From Escherichia coli (GTDB taxonomy: Bacteria; Pseudomonadota; Gammaproteobacteria; Enterobacterales; Enterobacteriaceae), in NCBI RefSeq assembly GCF_003334315.1, contig NZ_QOWR01000039.1: a stretch of 44,728 nucleotides of DNA; one strand, written 5' to 3'. This document shows, piece by piece, positions 42,402 to 44,728 of the stretch (the first letter of the stretch is position 1; every line of letters starts with the position of its first letter). The notes beneath the pieces were generated by a model. The model was given only the letters and a program-made list of their open reading frames with translations. It ran no database searches and had not been told where the DNA came from. The position numbers and the translations under genes are program-made.

Positions 42402-43565
42402 TTATCTGGAATCGATTTGGCTGTTCTGCCTGGTTGCCACCAAATCATGGTACGCCTGCTCAATCATTTCATTCAGCAGTTTTTTTGGGAGGACACCACG
42501 ACTTCGGGCAATACTTTCAAGCTGTTTGTGGATTTTTCCGGACAGTTTCAGAGGGACGGAACCATCAGCACGTTCATCACGCCTTTTTTGTTGCTCCCGG
42601 GCACTTTTCAGCTCATCAAGAAGAATCGCTTTATGCTGAATCCTGGGGGCCTGGAAGGAGACCTGCGTAAACTTCGCTCTGTTCCGTCTGGGATTACTTT
42701 CCAGTAAAAACTGTACCTGTTGCTCATTCCAGCCCTCCCAGTTATCAAACGTGGCGCAGGCAAACCAGTATTTCTGCTCCGGGGTAAGGGGATTCAGCGG
42801 GGTTCCCACACACCGGACCTGCATGGCGTTCCATAACCAGTCACACTGTTCACTGTCCCTGCTGTCCACCCACGAAAAGGGGGAGGGGTAATCATTGTTT
42901 ATGCTGGCCCATTCAGAGAATACTGAGTTGATAATCGTCCTCGTAGCCTCTGGTCCGGATTTCAGCAGGTAACTGGAGCAGAACCATATAATTTCACGGT
43001 AGATTTTATCCGGATGCACGGTGCGCATCGGCTTTTCTCTGGGACCGGCAATCTTCGGTTGCGATGGAAACCCCGTGGCAAACCGCAGATGTTCCGGGGG
43101 CATTCCTGAACGTTTTTCAGGAATGGGTGTGAGTCCTGCGTTTCTGGTCTTTTCCGCTTGTCCGGTATTGTCTCCGGCCGGAGTGTTGTCGGGAGTATCT
43201 TCCGGAGGCGAGGTGTTTTCATTAGTTGGGGGAACAACAGCAGAACTGTCCATCTCCGGAATGGGTTGAGGGGCATAATCACTGTGGTAGCCAGGGGAAA
43301 GCGTTAAGTCCCGAAGGGTGACATCAGGTTCCGGGCAGTGAGTGCCACCGGGAGTGAACGGGAGTTGTTGCTTTTGGGAGAAAAATGTATTGTGAATGCG
43401 GGTATACAGCTGGAACAGAAAAAAATAAGATGCCCGTGGTTCTTTTTTTAACCACTGTGTATATTCCTCTATGGCACCGAGCTGTTGTTTGTGCCGTTTT
43501 ACAGCATCGATATACGGACAGCTGGTGCAGATATCATCCAGTTCCTTTCCCACAATACACCTCAC
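42402..43565 (-). CDS. hypothetical island protein (about 383-387 aa) with a Pro/Thr-rich central linker; start codon uncertain (GTG at 43565 or 43553)
   Basis: This is a long ORF in the same orientation as the island genes. There is no ATG in the first ~100 codons, and the GTG at 43553 is preceded by AGGTGAGG. The central segment APQPIPEMDSSAVVPPTNENTSPPEDTPDNTPAGDNTGQAEK is low-complexity. I recognise no family. Confidence 0.55.
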   Translation of the reverse strand: MRCIVGKELDDICTSCPYIDAVKRHKQQLGAIEEYTQWLKKEPRASYFFLFQLYTRIHNTFFSQKQQLPFTPGGTHCPEPDVTLRDLTLSPGYHSDYAPQPIPEMDSSAVVPPTNENTSPPEDTPDNTPAGDNTGQAEKTRNAGLTPIPEKRSGMPPEHLRFATGFPSQPKIAGPREKPMRTVHPDKIYREIIWFCSSYLLKSGPEATRTIINSVFSEWASINNDYPSPFSWVDSRDSEQCDWLWNAMQVRCVGTPLNPLTPEQKYWFACATFDNWEGWNEQQVQFLLESNPRRNRAKFTQVSFQAPRIQHKAILLDELKSAREQQKRRDERADGSVPLKLSGKIHKQLESIARSRGVLPKKLLNEMIEQAYHDLVATRQNSQIDSR

Positions 43566-44651
43566 CTGCTTTTCTCACATTTGCAGATTTTAAAAAAGCA
43601 AACAAAAACCTCCGTACATGATGTACAGAACAATCTACCAGGTAGTGGCGTCAGAAAACCCCCGGGCCGCCTGCACTTTCCGGAATGCGCCGGTTATGAA
43701 AAACCGGAAATTCAGTCTCTGTTGTAAGATGTACCCTCTGATACTACGTTTTCTCTGTGTATTTAACTCACTGTATTTATTGTCTTTTTAAGCTTGACTG
43801 ATATTCTCCGGTCATAGTGTGCCGGATATACATCCCGTAAACTTCTCATTTTTATATAAAAATACCTGCACTCTCTTCAGCGCATCTGTCTCCTTTAAGT
43901 AAAAAATGTTTTCACGTATTGCTGTAAATTCATTTTAAATCAGTATATTACCTTGATATTGCTGTCTCCTGGTTTGATGCGTAATCGTTCTGCCTTTCTG
44001 GATGATTCTGGTGCTTCCGGGTGCATTCTCCTCTGCACATGCAACAGTTCGTCATCGCCACGCTCCCAAAAAGCATATAAAAACGAATCGAATTTGATAT
44101 TTTTTTCAATCGTTTTTCATAGGAATTTCGTAGGGTATTCTCCGCTATAACCTCCATATTTGCTGCCTTTTTCTCCATAAATCGTATGCAATATAGCCTG
44201 TCTGTCAAGACCTCTTCTCTGCTGTTGAGGAGACGATCTCATTTTTGGTCTTTTCCGGGAGAGAGGCTGTCAGATGAGCGAGCCGGATATACTGTCAGAG
44301 GTACACCCCGTAGCAGACCTGTGCTCCCATTTCCGCGATCCGGAACCAACAACACCCTACGGTTAATACCATTTGAAGCGTCAGGTACTGCAGGAAGTTC
44401 CCCCCTGCGCGGACATCGGTTCCTGCCGACATCTCACAATACGGCCAGACTGTCATGCAGTAACACCCGCATGCGGTCTGCGGTTTTAAGCGCACTCTCC
44501 CGTTTTCAGTGCACCGATAATGCGTCATAGTAAGTCTGGGGGAAGTTACGGAATGCCTGTTAAGTGGTGCCGTGGGTGGAGACAGCTTACTTTTCTACAG
44601 CAACTGCAGTCATTCAGGATGATCAGGAGATATTCTGTCAATGTCACGATC

Positions 44652-44728
44652 TAGACTGGCCCCCTGAATCTCCAGACAGTTGGTATCACTTAAGTTAGTG
44701 ATAGTCTTAATACTAGTTTTTAGACTAG
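44652..44728 (+). mobile_element. IS2-like (IS3 family) left end; the element continues beyond the right window edge
   Basis: TAGACTGGCCCCCTGAATCTCCAGACA...TCACTTAA..AGTGATAGTCTTAATACTAGTTTTTAGACTAG matches my memory of the IS2 left inverted repeat and leader, with a few internal differences. Confidence 0.65.

Noticed and set aside
43948-44530. Small ORFs at 43948-44208 (minus), 44186-44530 (plus) and 44295-44528 (minus).
   Set aside because: They overlap each other, are Cys/Arg-rich and of low plausibility, and lack recognisable starts. They are not reported as genes.

Overview
Enterobacterial (E. coli/Shigella-type) chromosome segment, inverted relative to the K-12 map. Gene calls were made by recognising the translated ORFs from memory; no database search was run. 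(1) 1-8814: AT-rich 3' part of an O-antigen (rfb) cluster. It starts inside an IS1 end and has three consecutive damaged glycosyltransferase genes (IS1 cut, T-tract frameshift, G10-tract frameshift). These are followed by an intact GDP-fucose/mannose block: gmd-fcl-gmm-manC-GT2-manB. (2) 9011-31246: conserved core. It reads gnd, ugd, wzzB, the his operon on the minus strand (hisIFAHBCDG plus hisL and attenuator), yefM-yoeB, yeeZ, yeeY, plaP(yeeF), yeeE, yeeD, sbcB, dacD, sbmC (with LexA box), yeeA, yeeX. (3) 31347-44728: a CP4-44-type genomic island on the minus strand. It holds yoeF-like, IS66 and IS110 scars, yeeW, a frameshifted cbtA, cbeA, yeeT, yeeS, a KlcA/ArdB-like antirestriction gene, a DUF932 gene, yeeP, a 387-aa unknown and an IS2-like end at the right edge. 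The main finding is in the island slot that holds flu (Ag43)/yeeR in K-12. It carries a translationally coupled three-gene operon: a 798-aa dynamin-like GTPase (CrfC/YjdA/RdcA paralogue), a 301-aa YjcZ/RdcB-like protein and a 356-aa patatin-like phospholipase. A sigma70-like promoter and three clustered GATC sites precede it and look like the agn43 Dam/OxyR phase-variation switch. Downstream lies a separate AT-richer pair of secreted-protein genes, one with an Ivy-like lysozyme-inhibitor signature. I recognised no rRNA, tRNA or CRISPR array.
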